64,000 nucleotides of DNA from a virus (taxonomy: Duplodnaviria > Caudoviricetes): the IMG/VR virus record IMGVR_UViG_2974597119_000001, positions 1-64,000 of that record; one strand, written 5' to 3'. Each line of letters opens with the position of its first letter. The first letter of the stretch is position 1. The notes beneath the pieces are model-generated. The model searched no databases. It was not told the DNA's origin and was given only the letters and a program-made list of their open reading frames with translations. Made by a program: the position numbers and the translations under genes. Positions 10,038-19,627 of this stretch are shown piece by piece.

Positions 10038-10344
10038 TTACTTTCCGCTTTTCACGTCGATCAATGTCTCAAAATCATCCGGAAGCTGGCCGTTCTCGGC
10101 TTCCTCCGCCCACTGTCGTTCGATGGCTTCCTGGTCGAAATCATCGTCAACAACTTCATCGGCCGGCGGATTCTCGGTGTATCGATGGGCCCAGTAGTCG
10201 GTCTCCATCTCCTCGATCGTGGCGTCGAGATAGCGCGGGTCCGTCGGCGGCAGGCTGTACCGGCGACGGAACGCGAACTCGATGGTCTGCGCCCATTCCC
10301 GGCCGTTATTCCTTGCCCGCTTGCTCCTTCCCGCGTCGAAAGGA
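10038..10344 (-). CDS. Tail assembly chaperone C-terminal extension (gpGT-like), probably made by frameshift
   Basis: Overlaps the chaperone ORF in its +1 frame; FRRRYSLPPTDPRYLD motif; abuts the tape measure gene. Confidence 0.7.
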
Positions 10345-10674
10345 GCCCTCCTTTTCACGCAGGACCGCGTGAACTTTCAGGAGCGTGGCGTAGGTTTCGT
10401 CGTCGAGCGGATCGATCTCGTCGAGGTTGTTGGTCGGCTTCCCGTCGAGGTTCTTGATCCATCCACCGGGAGCCTCGACCGTCAGCACCTTGAGCGTCGC
10501 GATCCAGCCGGCCACCGTTGCCAGATAGGTCGTCGGCGTCTCGACGCCTTCCGTCAGCCGCGAGAATTCCGCTGCGATTCGCAGCTCGTCGCGCATGGTC
10601 CGCCGCGCGAAGCGGAAGGCACCGATCCCCTCGACGGGGATGGTGAAATCGTTGGCGTTTGGGGTACGGTCCAT
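10306..10674 (-). CDS. Tail assembly chaperone (gpG-like)
   Basis: ATG 10674 with AAGGAG SD; between tube and tape measure. Confidence 0.75.
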   Translation of the reverse strand: MDRTPNANDFTIPVEGIGAFRFARRTMRDELRIAAEFSRLTEGVETPTTYLATVAGWIATLKVLTVEAPGGWIKNLDGKPTNNLDEIDPLDDETYATLLKVHAVLREKEGSFRRGKEQAGKE

Positions 10675-10697
10675 AGAGGTCTCCTTTGCGATGCCCC

Positions 10698-10713
10698 ATT
10701 GTCCCGTCACGAC
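10698..10713 (-). promoter_or_regulatory. Late-type promoter (GTCGTGAC-GG-GACAAT), leadered
   Basis: Recurrent motif just downstream of the tube-gene terminator. Confidence 0.7.
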
Positions 10714-10714
10714 G

Positions 10715-10742
10715 AAAAAAAGGCCGCGCGAGGCGGCCTTTT
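10715..10742 (-). terminator. Rho-independent terminator after the tail tube gene
   Basis: AAAAGGCCGC-loop-GCGGCCTTTT stem with a T7 run on the minus strand. Confidence 0.85.
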
Positions 10743-10760
10743 CCGTGCAGCAGTAACCGA

Positions 10761-11183
10761 TCAGGCGGCGAGGCCGGTCACGTCCAGCGCGTTGAACATG
10801 CCAGACTGAACCACGATGGAGTGCTTGCTGATCTGGATGTTTCCCGAGGCATACGAGCAGCCGACGTACTTGCGCAGCAGCGTGCCGTCGTCTTTCGAGT
10901 ACGCCTCGAAATCGAACACCAGACCTTGCAGAACGGCGTCGCCGTTCTCCATGGCAATGCCGGCCTGGAGCATGGCGCCCCGGTTCAGCATCATGGCGCT
11001 CACATTCAGGCTGTGCCGCGCCATCGTCGGCACGTACTCGGTGACGTGGATGTCGCCGATACCGGAGGCCGGCTCGGGCGCGTAATCGTCGTTCATGTCG
11101 ACAGACTGGATCAGGCCGATCTGTTTGCCGTCGAACACAACGACAATCCGGTTGCCGCTGCGGGTTTGCAGGTTTTGACGCAT
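10761..11183 (-). CDS. Tail tube protein
   Basis: 140 aa directly downstream of the sheath; IGLIQSV...GIGDIHVTEYVP. Confidence 0.85.
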   Translation of the reverse strand: MRQNLQTRSGNRIVVVFDGKQIGLIQSVDMNDDYAPEPASGIGDIHVTEYVPTMARHSLNVSAMMLNRGAMLQAGIAMENGDAVLQGLVFDFEAYSKDDGTLLRKYVGCSYASGNIQISKHSIVVQSGMFNALDVTGLAA

Positions 11184-11199
11184 TTTCTTTCAGCCTCCG

Positions 11200-12918
11200 T
11201 TACGCGGCCGTCGCGGTCCCGCTGTACGGGACAGCGAAGATCGTGATGGGGATGTAGTTGATCGGCAGGACCGGCGAGCACTCGAACTCGATGCGCAGCA
11301 CGTCGCCCTCCAGCTCCGCCTTGATGTTCCGGTACGCCGGGCTCGCCTCGTCGCCGACGATCACGCCAGGGCCTTGCGGCTCGGGGCGTGCCAGCTCGCG
11401 CAGCGTCGACTCGGTGATGCTCACGGCGCGGCTCATGCTGATCGGCGACGCCTTCTCGCCGCGCAGAATGTCCACCGCGTCACGCACGTTGCGTGCCACG
11501 AAGTCGGCCGCCGCACCGACCGAGACCTCGACGCGATTGTAGTTGTCGTTCGCCAGCCACGTCGTGATCGACTTGACGACCTTGTAGCCGTTCGGCGTGT
11601 TCTCGAGGCACAGCACGCCGCCCTCGATCAGCACGTCGGTGTCGGTCGGGTTGCGCAGGTCGCGCTCCAGGCCGCGCACCTTCACGGTCTTGTTGGTCAG
11701 CGGCGTGCCCGGATTGACGCCCGAGAACGCGCCGGCCACCAGGGCGGCGGCGATGTACGGCGGGAACAGCACCAGCTTGCCGGCCGGGTTGTAGTCGTAA
11801 AAGCCCAGGTGGATGAGCGACGTGCGGTCGCTGTTCAGGGCCTTGGCAGCGGCCAGCGCCTGATCGTCGGTCGACCCGCTCGCCATGCCGACGATGCCGC
11901 GACGCTCCATGCGCGCCACGTTCGACATGAACGCGCAGTGCGTATCGTTCATGGCGTGGATCGACGGATCCGAGCTCACCGGAACCACCCACTGCGCATC
12001 GACGGTCTGCAGCGTCGCATAGGCGTCGCCCCATTCCGAGTTGGTGACGATGCCGTCGGAGCCGCCCGTCATGTAGGTGAACGGGATGTTCGCGGGCACC
12101 GTGCCGGCGTTGACGGCGCGCGTCGCGGTCACGAAACCCTCGCTCGTGCCGTTGAGCCAGTCCACGATGGCCTGCAGGTGGGCGGTCGCCACGTAGGGCG
12201 CCGTTTTCACGTCCTGCGCCGTCACCGTGTCCAGGCCGTTCAGGGCCGGCTTCTGGCCGTTGCCGTCCTCGACCGAGGCCGTGAAGCCCGTGACCGAATT
12301 GATGCGGTCCACCACCTGCTCGACCGACGGGAACGAATCCAGGTCGATGGTCGCCACGGTCGTACCGGTCGGCGCCTGCAGCGTGATCTGCGAGTTGGTC
12401 ACGTCCATCACGGCAGTCGCGGCGGCGCCGGTGTACTGCACGCGGAACGCGCTGCGCGAGATGTTGTCCGCCGTGTAGTAGGCATTGCCGAACTGCGTGG
12501 TGACCTTCTTGCCCGCCGTCGAGCCGGACTCGACCTTGACCTTGATCTGGTTGGTGTACAGGCCGTAGTCGGTCGATTTCAGGCTGATGACCGGGTTGTT
12601 GCTGGCGTCCAGCAGGCTCAGTCCAGACTGAACAGCCGGGTTGACGCGCACGGCGATGACCAGCGACGGACCGTTGGTCTGCGCGCTCGGATCGAATGCG
12701 CGCTTGACCGCTTCCAGCAGCTCGCCGTCGCGCAGCGTCGCGATGGCCTGCTGGGGACTGCCGAAGCGCAGCGCCTTGTTGGGCTCACCGCCGCTCGAGC
12801 GGCCGATCAGCACCAGGACGTTGCCGACGGACAGGTTCTGGTTCGCCATCGCGGTATCGTCCACCACCGACATGGTGGCAGGCGAGATCCACAGGCGACC
12901 GGCAAAGAAAACTCCCAT
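11200..12918 (-). CDS. Tail sheath protein
   Basis: 572 aa; sheath C-terminal motifs (PLTNK, GYKVVKSITT, SPVLPINYI). Confidence 0.92.
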   Translation of the reverse strand: MGVFFAGRLWISPATMSVVDDTAMANQNLSVGNVLVLIGRSSGGEPNKALRFGSPQQAIATLRDGELLEAVKRAFDPSAQTNGPSLVIAVRVNPAVQSGLSLLDASNNPVISLKSTDYGLYTNQIKVKVESGSTAGKKVTTQFGNAYYTADNISRSAFRVQYTGAAATAVMDVTNSQITLQAPTGTTVATIDLDSFPSVEQVVDRINSVTGFTASVEDGNGQKPALNGLDTVTAQDVKTAPYVATAHLQAIVDWLNGTSEGFVTATRAVNAGTVPANIPFTYMTGGSDGIVTNSEWGDAYATLQTVDAQWVVPVSSDPSIHAMNDTHCAFMSNVARMERRGIVGMASGSTDDQALAAAKALNSDRTSLIHLGFYDYNPAGKLVLFPPYIAAALVAGAFSGVNPGTPLTNKTVKVRGLERDLRNPTDTDVLIEGGVLCLENTPNGYKVVKSITTWLANDNYNRVEVSVGAAADFVARNVRDAVDILRGEKASPISMSRAVSITESTLRELARPEPQGPGVIVGDEASPAYRNIKAELEGDVLRIEFECSPVLPINYIPITIFAVPYSGTATAA

Positions 12919-12929
12919 GATCGCTTACC

Positions 12930-13142
12930 TCAGACCGGTTTGTTGACGAAAGCCTCGAACCGAGCCTGATAATTCGACTCGGCATCTTTGAAGCGCCCTG
13001 CTTGCTTTTCGACGAAGTTGAACGCGCCGATCAGCTCCACGCGCTTGTCACGGGTGGACAGGCGAAGGCAGAACTCATTGAGCGTCAGCGGCTCGACGGC
13101 GGGGTTGACCTGCTGGTCATCGGTTTTGTCGGCTTTAGCCAT
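12930..13142 (-). CDS. Small hypothetical tail-region protein
   Basis: 70 aa with GAGG SD, between tail completion and sheath genes. Confidence 0.65.
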   Translation of the reverse strand: MAKADKTDDQQVNPAVEPLTLNEFCLRLSTRDKRVELIGAFNFVEKQAGRFKDAESNYQARFEAFVNKPV

Positions 13143-13151
13143 TTGTTCCTC

Positions 13152-13976
13152 TCAGGGAGTGTTGACTTCAAGTTGAACATCGGTGATCGGGTCGACCTGA
13201 TCGCGCACGATCACGGGCGCGAGGCAGTTGAACGTCCCGGCTGCTTGGAACACCGGCGCCGGGTACTCACCGCTCACCGCATCCACGTCTTGCTGCGCGA
13301 TTTCGACCTTCACGAACCCGTTGGCGTCGAACACCGGTAGGTTGGCGACGATGATGCGGCGCAGCGCCTTGCGCAGCGCAATCCGCTCGTCGGGGTTTAG
13401 GCTCCAGGCGATGAATGCGATCTGCACGCCGGCCAGCCATCCCTCGTGCTCGTTCCAGTCGTCGTCATCGAAAAAATCGGGGACTATCAGCTCGCCGACG
13501 CCGCGCTCGGCGGGCGACTCGGACAGCAGGTGGACCGACACGACCGGAAAGCGCGTCTGCTCGAAGATCGGCGTCGCCACCAGCACCTTGATCGCGCCGT
13601 CTTTGGCGCGCAGCGTGCCGCGCTTCACTTCGGCCTGGAGGCCGAGCGCAAGGCGGTCCCGCAGGACCGTCAGCACGTCGGTGCTGCAGTCCTCGTAGGT
13701 CGAGTTCGGCGTCCCGGTCGCGGTCGCGCTGGGCGTCCAGGCCGCGCCATCCCAGTAGTAGGCACGGTAGTGGTACAGCGTGCCGTTCTGCAGGTGCTGG
13801 CTATCCAGCGCCGAGCGCTCGTCGCCCTCGTAAACGAGAAAGGCGTTCGGATCGTCCTGGCCGGTGAAGGTGTCGGCCGCCTTGCGCAAGATGCGCCACC
13901 GGCGCGCGCCGGCCGGCGGCTCCAGGAAAACCCGGAGCGCATTGCCAACGGCGAGAGGCACGATCATTGCAATCAT
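13152..13976 (-). CDS. Tail completion/terminator-like protein with N-terminal FN3-like domain
   Basis: Start reassigned to ATG 13976 (follows the promoter motif); LQNGTLYHYRAY FN3-like strand; precedes sheath. Confidence 0.6.
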   Translation of the reverse strand: MIAMIVPLAVGNALRVFLEPPAGARRWRILRKAADTFTGQDDPNAFLVYEGDERSALDSQHLQNGTLYHYRAYYWDGAAWTPSATATGTPNSTYEDCSTDVLTVLRDRLALGLQAEVKRGTLRAKDGAIKVLVATPIFEQTRFPVVSVHLLSESPAERGVGELIVPDFFDDDDWNEHEGWLAGVQIAFIAWSLNPDERIALRKALRRIIVANLPVFDANGFVKVEIAQQDVDAVSGEYPAPVFQAAGTFNCLAPVIVRDQVDPITDVQLEVNTP

Positions 13977-14036
13977 GGGGTCAATGATCGCGTCACGACC
14001 GCCGGCGCGGGGAAGGCGTGACACTAGAATTCAGGC
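13977..14036. promoter_or_regulatory. Back-to-back pair of late-type leaderless promoters
   Basis: Minus: GTCGTGAC(13999-13992)-GC-GATCAT-7nt-ATG13976; plus: GGCGTGAC(14015-14022)-AC-TAGAAT-6nt-ATG14037. Confidence 0.75.
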
Positions 14037-14897
14037 ATGGCCGAATACCGACTTTCCATCGATCTGTCCGGCATCACTGCCGCCGCGCGCGCCGCCGTAA
14101 ATGAGCAGGTGTTCCCCCTGCTCAATCAGGCCGTGCGCGCCGTGGCACAGCAGACGCAGATCAACTGGATGGAGGCCGTGCAGCGCGCGCGCCTCTGGAG
14201 CGGAGAGAAGCAGCCCTACGTCGAATCGATCACGATGAAGATGACGGGCCCGTTCTCCGCCGTCGTCTCGAGCGACTACAAGCACGCCGAGGAGATCGAG
14301 ACCGGCCGGCCGCCGCGCGACCTGAAAAAGATGCTCGATACGAGCCCGAAGGTTCGCCGGACCAAGGATGGGCGCCGCTTCATGGTGATCCCGTTCCGCC
14401 ACAACACGCCCGGGAACGAGGCGCACGCGCCGGCCATGCCGCAGCACGTCTATGACCTCGCCTCCCAGCTCACGCCCAGCAGGATCGTCGGCCAGGGCCA
14501 GCGCCCCGCCGGCGAGATCACGTCGGCCCATCCGCGCTGGGGCATGCGGCCGCTCAAGAAGCAGACGCCGTTCCTGTCCAACCCGGCGACGAAGGCGACC
14601 TATATGGTGCCGCGCAACGCCTATAACTGGGGACAGAGCCTGCCGGCCGGCCTGACGCCGAAGATGCGCCAAGAACACAAGACGGACATCCACGCCGGCA
14701 TGTACCGTTTCGACACCACGACGCCCGGCGGCCAGCGGCACAGCACGTACATGACGTTCCGGATCATGATGGAAGGCCAGACCGGCTGGATCGTGCCCGC
14801 CAAGCCCGGCCTCTATCTGGCGAAGAAGGTCAGCGAGGAGATGCAGCCGCTCGCCGAGCGCGCCTTCGGCGAGGCGGTCAAACGCACCCTGCGTTAG
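14037..14897 (+). CDS. Neck/tail-completion-like virion protein, inverted relative to its cluster
   Basis: 286 aa with AEEIETG...DLKKML...VIPF and YMTFR...GWIVP motifs; own promoter; stop overlaps the stop of the convergent gene. Confidence 0.6.
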   Translation: MAEYRLSIDLSGITAAARAAVNEQVFPLLNQAVRAVAQQTQINWMEAVQRARLWSGEKQPYVESITMKMTGPFSAVVSSDYKHAEEIETGRPPRDLKKMLDTSPKVRRTKDGRRFMVIPFRHNTPGNEAHAPAMPQHVYDLASQLTPSRIVGQGQRPAGEITSAHPRWGMRPLKKQTPFLSNPATKATYMVPRNAYNWGQSLPAGLTPKMRQEHKTDIHAGMYRFDTTTPGGQRHSTYMTFRIMMEGQTGWIVPAKPGLYLAKKVSEEMQPLAERAFGEAVKRTLR

Positions 14898-15541
14898 GCC
14901 GGCGCCAGATCCCGGCCGAACAGGTCGAAACTGCGCATAACCAGGCGTTTGGGCAGGCGCGCGCCCTGGTGCTCGTTGCGGTCGCTCGGATACGGGCCCC
15001 AGCAGAAATACTCGGTGAAGCGCGTGCCCGTGATACTGTACGTCGTACCAAGCGGCGGCTCGTCGTCGGCCCAGGTCAGCACGCCTCCGGCGCCGACCGT
15101 GGGAATGCCGCCCTCAACGATGGCGCCGGCCTGATCCAGCCAGAACACCCGCGTGATCTTGTCGACCTGGACGTGCAGGCGCTCGTCCTCGTCGCCGTGC
15201 ACCAGCGGCAGCGAGAAGTAGTCGGTGCTGTTCAGCATAACCACGCGGTCGAACTGTCCCATCTCGTACATGGGCGAATTCTCCGGGATCGACACGACCA
15301 TATCGCCGTCCTGCCACAGGCCGAACTGCGCCCAGCGGAGCTGAATCTGCTGGCTGGCGACGCCGGCCACGGCCGGCTTTGGCGCGACCCACAGCCAGCT
15401 CTTGCCGCCACACTGCGGGCAATCGAGCCGCGCGGCACCCGAATGCGGGTTGACGCACGGGCACCGGAACGCTTTGCGCCACAGGAATTTCTGTCCCATG
15501 TGATTGAGGTGCGCGTTGAACGCGGCCGGATCGAGTCGCAT
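14894..15541 (-). CDS. Head-tail joining/neck protein
   Basis: W.KA..CPC...DCPQCGGK.W Zn motif as in SPO1/Twort-type neck proteins. Confidence 0.65.
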   Translation of the reverse strand: MRLDPAAFNAHLNHMGQKFLWRKAFRCPCVNPHSGAARLDCPQCGGKSWLWVAPKPAVAGVASQQIQLRWAQFGLWQDGDMVVSIPENSPMYEMGQFDRVVMLNSTDYFSLPLVHGDEDERLHVQVDKITRVFWLDQAGAIVEGGIPTVGAGGVLTWADDEPPLGTTYSITGTRFTEYFCWGPYPSDRNEHQGARLPKRLVMRSFDLFGRDLAPA

Positions 15542-15542
15542 G

Positions 15543-16652
15543 TCAGCCCCCCATCACCATCGAGCGAATTCCGTGGATGGCCGTCATCAGGCCGCCGTTG
15601 CCGCCCTTCGGGCCGTTGAGGATCGTGTCGACCATCTCGTGATACTTCGCGAGATCGACGCTCATCGACTGCGACAGGCCGTCGGCGCTGATCGAGCCGG
15701 ACTGGGCCGGGAAGCCGTCCTCGATGGCCTTGAGCACAGCCGTTTTCTTGATGGCGTCGATCAGGTCAGGATAGTCGCGCGCGGCGTTCTCCAGGCCGGC
15801 GACATAGGTGATCTTCACCATGAGCGGCACGATGCTGTAGCCGGTCAGCGCGCGCATGACGAACGTGCCGGCCGTGCTGAACAGCGCCGGCGTCGACGGC
15901 ACGAATTGCAGGTGCGCGTACTTCTTGTAGGGGCGGATCCACTCGACCGGCATGTCAAAGAACGTGTCCCCCATCGTCGGGAAATCGAACTTCACGCTCT
16001 CGACGCCGATCAGCGGCTTGTTGTTCAGCTTGATCATGCCCCAGCCGTCGGGAAAGAACATATCCTGCTTGTAGTCGTAGCCGGGATCCTCGCCCCACGG
16101 CATGCCGTCCAGCGCCGCGATCTGGTCGGCCGTTGGCGTGCCCGGGAAGAACTTGGTCGGCACCAGCGGCACACGCAGCTCGTGCGCGATGTGGGCCTCG
16201 GCCGCCACGACCTTGCTCCAAATGTAATCGTCCGACATGACGGCGCCGCCCATGAAACCCTGCGCGGCCGCCATGAGCCGGTCGGCGCGGATCTCCTCGA
16301 CGATGAAATCCTTGGTGAACAGGAAGGATTTTGTTGGCGCCGTGGCCGACTCCACCGTCACCTTGAAGCGCTTGATGCTGAATCCGCTCGAGCCGGTCAG
16401 CACCAGCATGACATCGCCCAGCTCCAGGGCGGCGGTCTCGGTGTCGGTGAAGGAGACCGCCACGACGCCGGCCGGCCAGTCGGCACCGGCATCCGTCGAC
16501 GCGCAAGCCTTGGGGCCCGACAGTGCCGTCGAGCCGTCGACCGTGAATAGCTGCGCCGACACAGAGCTCGCCGCGTCGATAGCCACGGGCGCGCCGTCGA
16601 CCTGCACGGTCACCGTGAGTTGGGCCGGCTGGCCCTTGAAGATGGTCGTCAT
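15543..16652 (-). CDS. Head-tail adaptor with N-terminal Ig-like domain
   Basis: ITYVAG...SISADGLSQS motif; follows capsid genes. Confidence 0.65.
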   Translation of the reverse strand: MTTIFKGQPAQLTVTVQVDGAPVAIDAASSVSAQLFTVDGSTALSGPKACASTDAGADWPAGVVAVSFTDTETAALELGDVMLVLTGSSGFSIKRFKVTVESATAPTKSFLFTKDFIVEEIRADRLMAAAQGFMGGAVMSDDYIWSKVVAAEAHIAHELRVPLVPTKFFPGTPTADQIAALDGMPWGEDPGYDYKQDMFFPDGWGMIKLNNKPLIGVESVKFDFPTMGDTFFDMPVEWIRPYKKYAHLQFVPSTPALFSTAGTFVMRALTGYSIVPLMVKITYVAGLENAARDYPDLIDAIKKTAVLKAIEDGFPAQSGSISADGLSQSMSVDLAKYHEMVDTILNGPKGGNGGLMTAIHGIRSMVMGG

Positions 16653-16716
16653 GTCTTCTGCCTACGAAATAGGCCGCACGCGGCGGCCTATGAGTGTCGC
16701 CGGTAAGGGCGGTCGA

Positions 16717-16914
16717 TCAGGATGCGATGACGCCAGCCGCGCGCAGGCTCGCCAACAGGGCGTTGAACTCGGCCACGGTCGGGCTCGTCGTCTCCGTGCT
16801 GTCCGGCACAGCCGGGCCGGGATCCTTGACGATCAGGTCGCCGGCCTTTTCCTTCTGCATACCCAGGTTCAGGTTGTTGACCAGATCGCGGACGCGTTCG
16901 GTTCGGGTGCTCAT
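16717..16914 (-). CDS. Head fibre/decoration protein
   Basis: TVAEFNALLASLRAAGVIAS motif of phage head-fibre proteins; GGAGG SD. Confidence 0.75.
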   Translation of the reverse strand: MSTRTERVRDLVNNLNLGMQKEKAGDLIVKDPGPAVPDSTETTSPTVAEFNALLASLRAAGVIAS

Positions 16915-16925
16915 GGTGCCTCCGG

Positions 16926-17357
16926 TTAGGCGTTGTTTTCGGATTCACCGCCGGCGCCGCCATTTGCGGCTTCGTCAGCGGCCTTCTGCGCAGCTTCGTC
17001 GGCAGCGGCCTTCTGCGCGGCTTCTTCTTCCGCCGCCTTCTGCTCGGCTTCTGCGTCGGCGGCCTTCTTCGCTTCGGCCTTCTCGATCTCGGCCGTCAGG
17101 CGGTCGCGCCCCCACTTGCCATTGACCTTGATCTCGAGCGCGGCGGCCTTGGCACGCAGCTCCTCGAGCTCGGCGTCGTCGACCGGCGGCTTGGTCGGCT
17201 TCTTCTCGCCGTCCAGCTCGTAGCCGCGAATGGCGAGGAAGGTTTCGGCCAGATCGTCCGAGATGTCCTCGGAAATCACGCCGCGCTCGTGCGGCTCGAA
17301 TTTGACCCCGCTGATCAGCTCGGACGCATTGGGCAGGGTGCAGATGACTTTCGGCAT
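16926..17357 (-). CDS. Hypothetical head-region protein with HeH/Rho-N-like motif
   Basis: LEELRAKAAALEIKVNGKWGRDRL plus an Ala/Glu/Lys-rich tail; AGGAG SD. Confidence 0.6.
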   Translation of the reverse strand: MPKVICTLPNASELISGVKFEPHERGVISEDISDDLAETFLAIRGYELDGEKKPTKPPVDDAELEELRAKAAALEIKVNGKWGRDRLTAEIEKAEAKKAADAEAEQKAAEEEAAQKAAADEAAQKAADEAANGGAGGESENNA

Positions 17358-17422
17358 GTCTTTCTCCTTGACGTGGGGCGGGCCGGGCCCCGGAGGGCCC
17401 GGCCGGTTTGCTCACCGACCGA

Positions 17423-18925
17423 TTACTCGGCGGTGAACGGGCGCCACTTCGCGTTGCTGGGCAGGATGTTCTTGATGTAGCCGTGGTGCTTCGGCTTGGT
17501 CACGCGCAGGTAACCGAACAAGAACTGGAACCAGGAGATGACCGGCACACCGCCCACGCCGAACGGCAGCGGGATCTTGGTCATCGGCTGGTACTGGCGC
17601 CAGCCGATGGCATCGGCGGACGGGCCCAGGTTCAGCAGCGGGATCGACACCGTGCCGGGGATGTCGCGGTTCAGGTCGACGAAGGTCGTGGTCGCGCCAG
17701 CCTTCTTGACGATCTTCACCAGACGCAGATCGGCGGCCGCGTTGGTGCCGTTCTGGCGGCTGCGGTAGATCGCGTAGCCCGACTCGGTGCCGGAGGCCGA
17801 CTGGGCGATCGTCAGCGTCACCTTCTGGCCGGCGGCCACGGCGGTCTGCGTGGTCAGCGTCACGGCGGTCAGACCTTCGCCGTTGGCGCCGATGGCGGCC
17901 ACACCGTAGTAGAAGTTGCCGGCGCGGGCGGCCGAGAACTTCGACGCGGCGTCGGACGCGGTGGCGGCGGTCACGCTGGCCGGCTTGAACGCGACGTTGG
18001 CAGCGGCGACCGAGGCGTAGTTCACCTCGAACGGCTTGACCATCGGATGTTCTTCATCGTGGATGAAGGTGTCCATGTTGGTGCGCAGCACGCCGTGTTG
18101 CAGGCGGATGCCTTCGACGTGGCCGCCCAGCATCGGCGTGTTGTTGCCTTGCGGCACCCAGCGGTAGGCCGGGTCCAGACCCATGTTCAGGTCGTTCTGC
18201 ACCGAGTTGGGCAGGAACACGTCGGTCGAGCGGCCCCAGGAACCGTAGCGGCTGACGGCCGTGTTGATCTTGCCGAAGGCTTCCACGCTGTCCAGCTTGG
18301 CGCCGTCCAGGTCGACGATGTTGTCCTCGGGCATCTTGCCGTCGGCGATTTCCTTGTCGATGATGTTGAAAATACCATCGAACTGGGTCGGCGCGGCGTC
18401 GGCGTTGCCGTGGAACAGCAGGTACTCGGCGTCAGTCAGGAGCTGCAGCGCGCCGTTGCGTTCCTCGACGGCCGTGGCCTCGACGATATTCTTGCCGATG
18501 TTCAGGACGTAGCCGACCTGACGCAGAGACATCAGGAACTTCACCAGCCCGACTTCGCGGCTGTATTCGCCCTGCGCAGCGCGCACGACGCCCATCTGCG
18601 AGTTGGTCGAGCCGCCCAGGAAGCCGCCGACGCTCGACTGACGAACGTATTCGTCAACGATGTTGGTGGCCTTGGTCGCATTCAGGCGGTTGAACAGCAC
18701 GAAGTGCTCGTTCTCCTGAATCGTGGTCTTCATCGCCGTGTCCAGCGACTGCACGGTCAGGGCGCCACCGCCTTCCAGGGTCGCAACGTCCGTCTGGTAG
18801 TTGCTGGCCTGGAGAGCCTTCTGCAGCTCCTGGAACTGCTCCAGCGACCCGCCCGAGGTGCCACCCAGGGTCGGGATCGCGCCGCCGGGAACCATCCCGG
18901 CCATCATCTGTTGAATTCCGCTCAT
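17423..18925 (-). CDS. Major capsid protein (SPO1/Twort-like HK97 fold)
   Basis: 500 aa; LQKAL...GGALTVQSLD, LFHGN...QFDG, IVDLDG, FVDLNRDIPGT; downstream of protease and scaffold. Confidence 0.9.
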   Translation of the reverse strand: MSGIQQMMAGMVPGGAIPTLGGTSGGSLEQFQELQKALQASNYQTDVATLEGGGALTVQSLDTAMKTTIQENEHFVLFNRLNATKATNIVDEYVRQSSVGGFLGGSTNSQMGVVRAAQGEYSREVGLVKFLMSLRQVGYVLNIGKNIVEATAVEERNGALQLLTDAEYLLFHGNADAAPTQFDGIFNIIDKEIADGKMPEDNIVDLDGAKLDSVEAFGKINTAVSRYGSWGRSTDVFLPNSVQNDLNMGLDPAYRWVPQGNNTPMLGGHVEGIRLQHGVLRTNMDTFIHDEEHPMVKPFEVNYASVAAANVAFKPASVTAATASDAASKFSAARAGNFYYGVAAIGANGEGLTAVTLTTQTAVAAGQKVTLTIAQSASGTESGYAIYRSRQNGTNAAADLRLVKIVKKAGATTTFVDLNRDIPGTVSIPLLNLGPSADAIGWRQYQPMTKIPLPFGVGGVPVISWFQFLFGYLRVTKPKHHGYIKNILPSNAKWRPFTAE

Positions 18926-18955
18926 TTTGGTATGACCTCTGACGTGGGCGGGTTG

Positions 18956-19627
18956 TTAGGAAACGACTTTCTGGATCAGCTCGGCGCTGACGGGAGCACC
19001 GGTGCGCAGCGCCACGTCAATCGTGGTCAGCTCCTGGCCGGTTATCTTCTTGGCGTCGAACGCGGCATGCGACTTCGCCATGAACTCGCTGCCAGTCATG
19101 CCGCTGGGCTCGGACTTGTTCATCTGCTCGCCGGCGCCGGGCTTCTCGGTGATCGCCAGCACGGTCTTGCGGCCGCGGCCCTCGCCGCGCAGCTTGGCGA
19201 TCTCGCCCTGCATCGACTTGATCAGGTCGGCTTGACCCTTGACCAGACCGACGCACTGCTCGAGCGCCTTGAACATCTGGCTTTCGCCTTCGGCCTGCTT
19301 GGTGCCGAGCGCCTGCAATTGGCCCATCAGCGACTTGACCAGCTCGGTGCCATCGACGGCCTCGACCTGCTTACCGTCTTCCAGCGTGACGGTGCCGAGG
19401 GACTTGCCCAGGGTCTCGCCTTCGCCGTCGCCTTCACCTTCGCCGGCGCCGTCACCATCCGGCTTGCCGCCGGCGCCGTCGCCTTCACCATCCATGTCGC
19501 CGCCCTCCGCAGCGGCGGCTTGGATGTTCTTGTCATCCTCGCCATCACCCGCCGGAAGCGCTTTGCTCATGGTTTCTTGCTCCGAGGCCAAGCCGTCCAG
19601 CTCGGCCATCAGCTTGTCAAAACTCAT
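18956..19627 (-). CDS. Capsid scaffolding protein
   Basis: Acidic/coiled-coil 223 aa with repeated xxK[S/A] sites, between protease and capsid genes. Confidence 0.7.
   Translation of the reverse strand: MSFDKLMAELDGLASEQETMSKALPAGDGEDDKNIQAAAAEGGDMDGEGDGAGGKPDGDGAGEGEGDGEGETLGKSLGTVTLEDGKQVEAVDGTELVKSLMGQLQALGTKQAEGESQMFKALEQCVGLVKGQADLIKSMQGEIAKLRGEGRGRKTVLAITEKPGAGEQMNKSEPSGMTGSEFMAKSHAAFDAKKITGQELTTIDVALRTGAPVSAELIQKVVS

Noticed and set aside
12194-12201. Single TAGGGCGC inside the sheath gene
   Set aside because: Lone half-site in coding DNA, expected by chance at this GC content
210-12918. Tailocin, eCIS or T6SS interpretation of the sheath/baseplate cluster
   Set aside because: Portal, capsid, protease and terminase are all present, so this is a complete phage morphogenesis set
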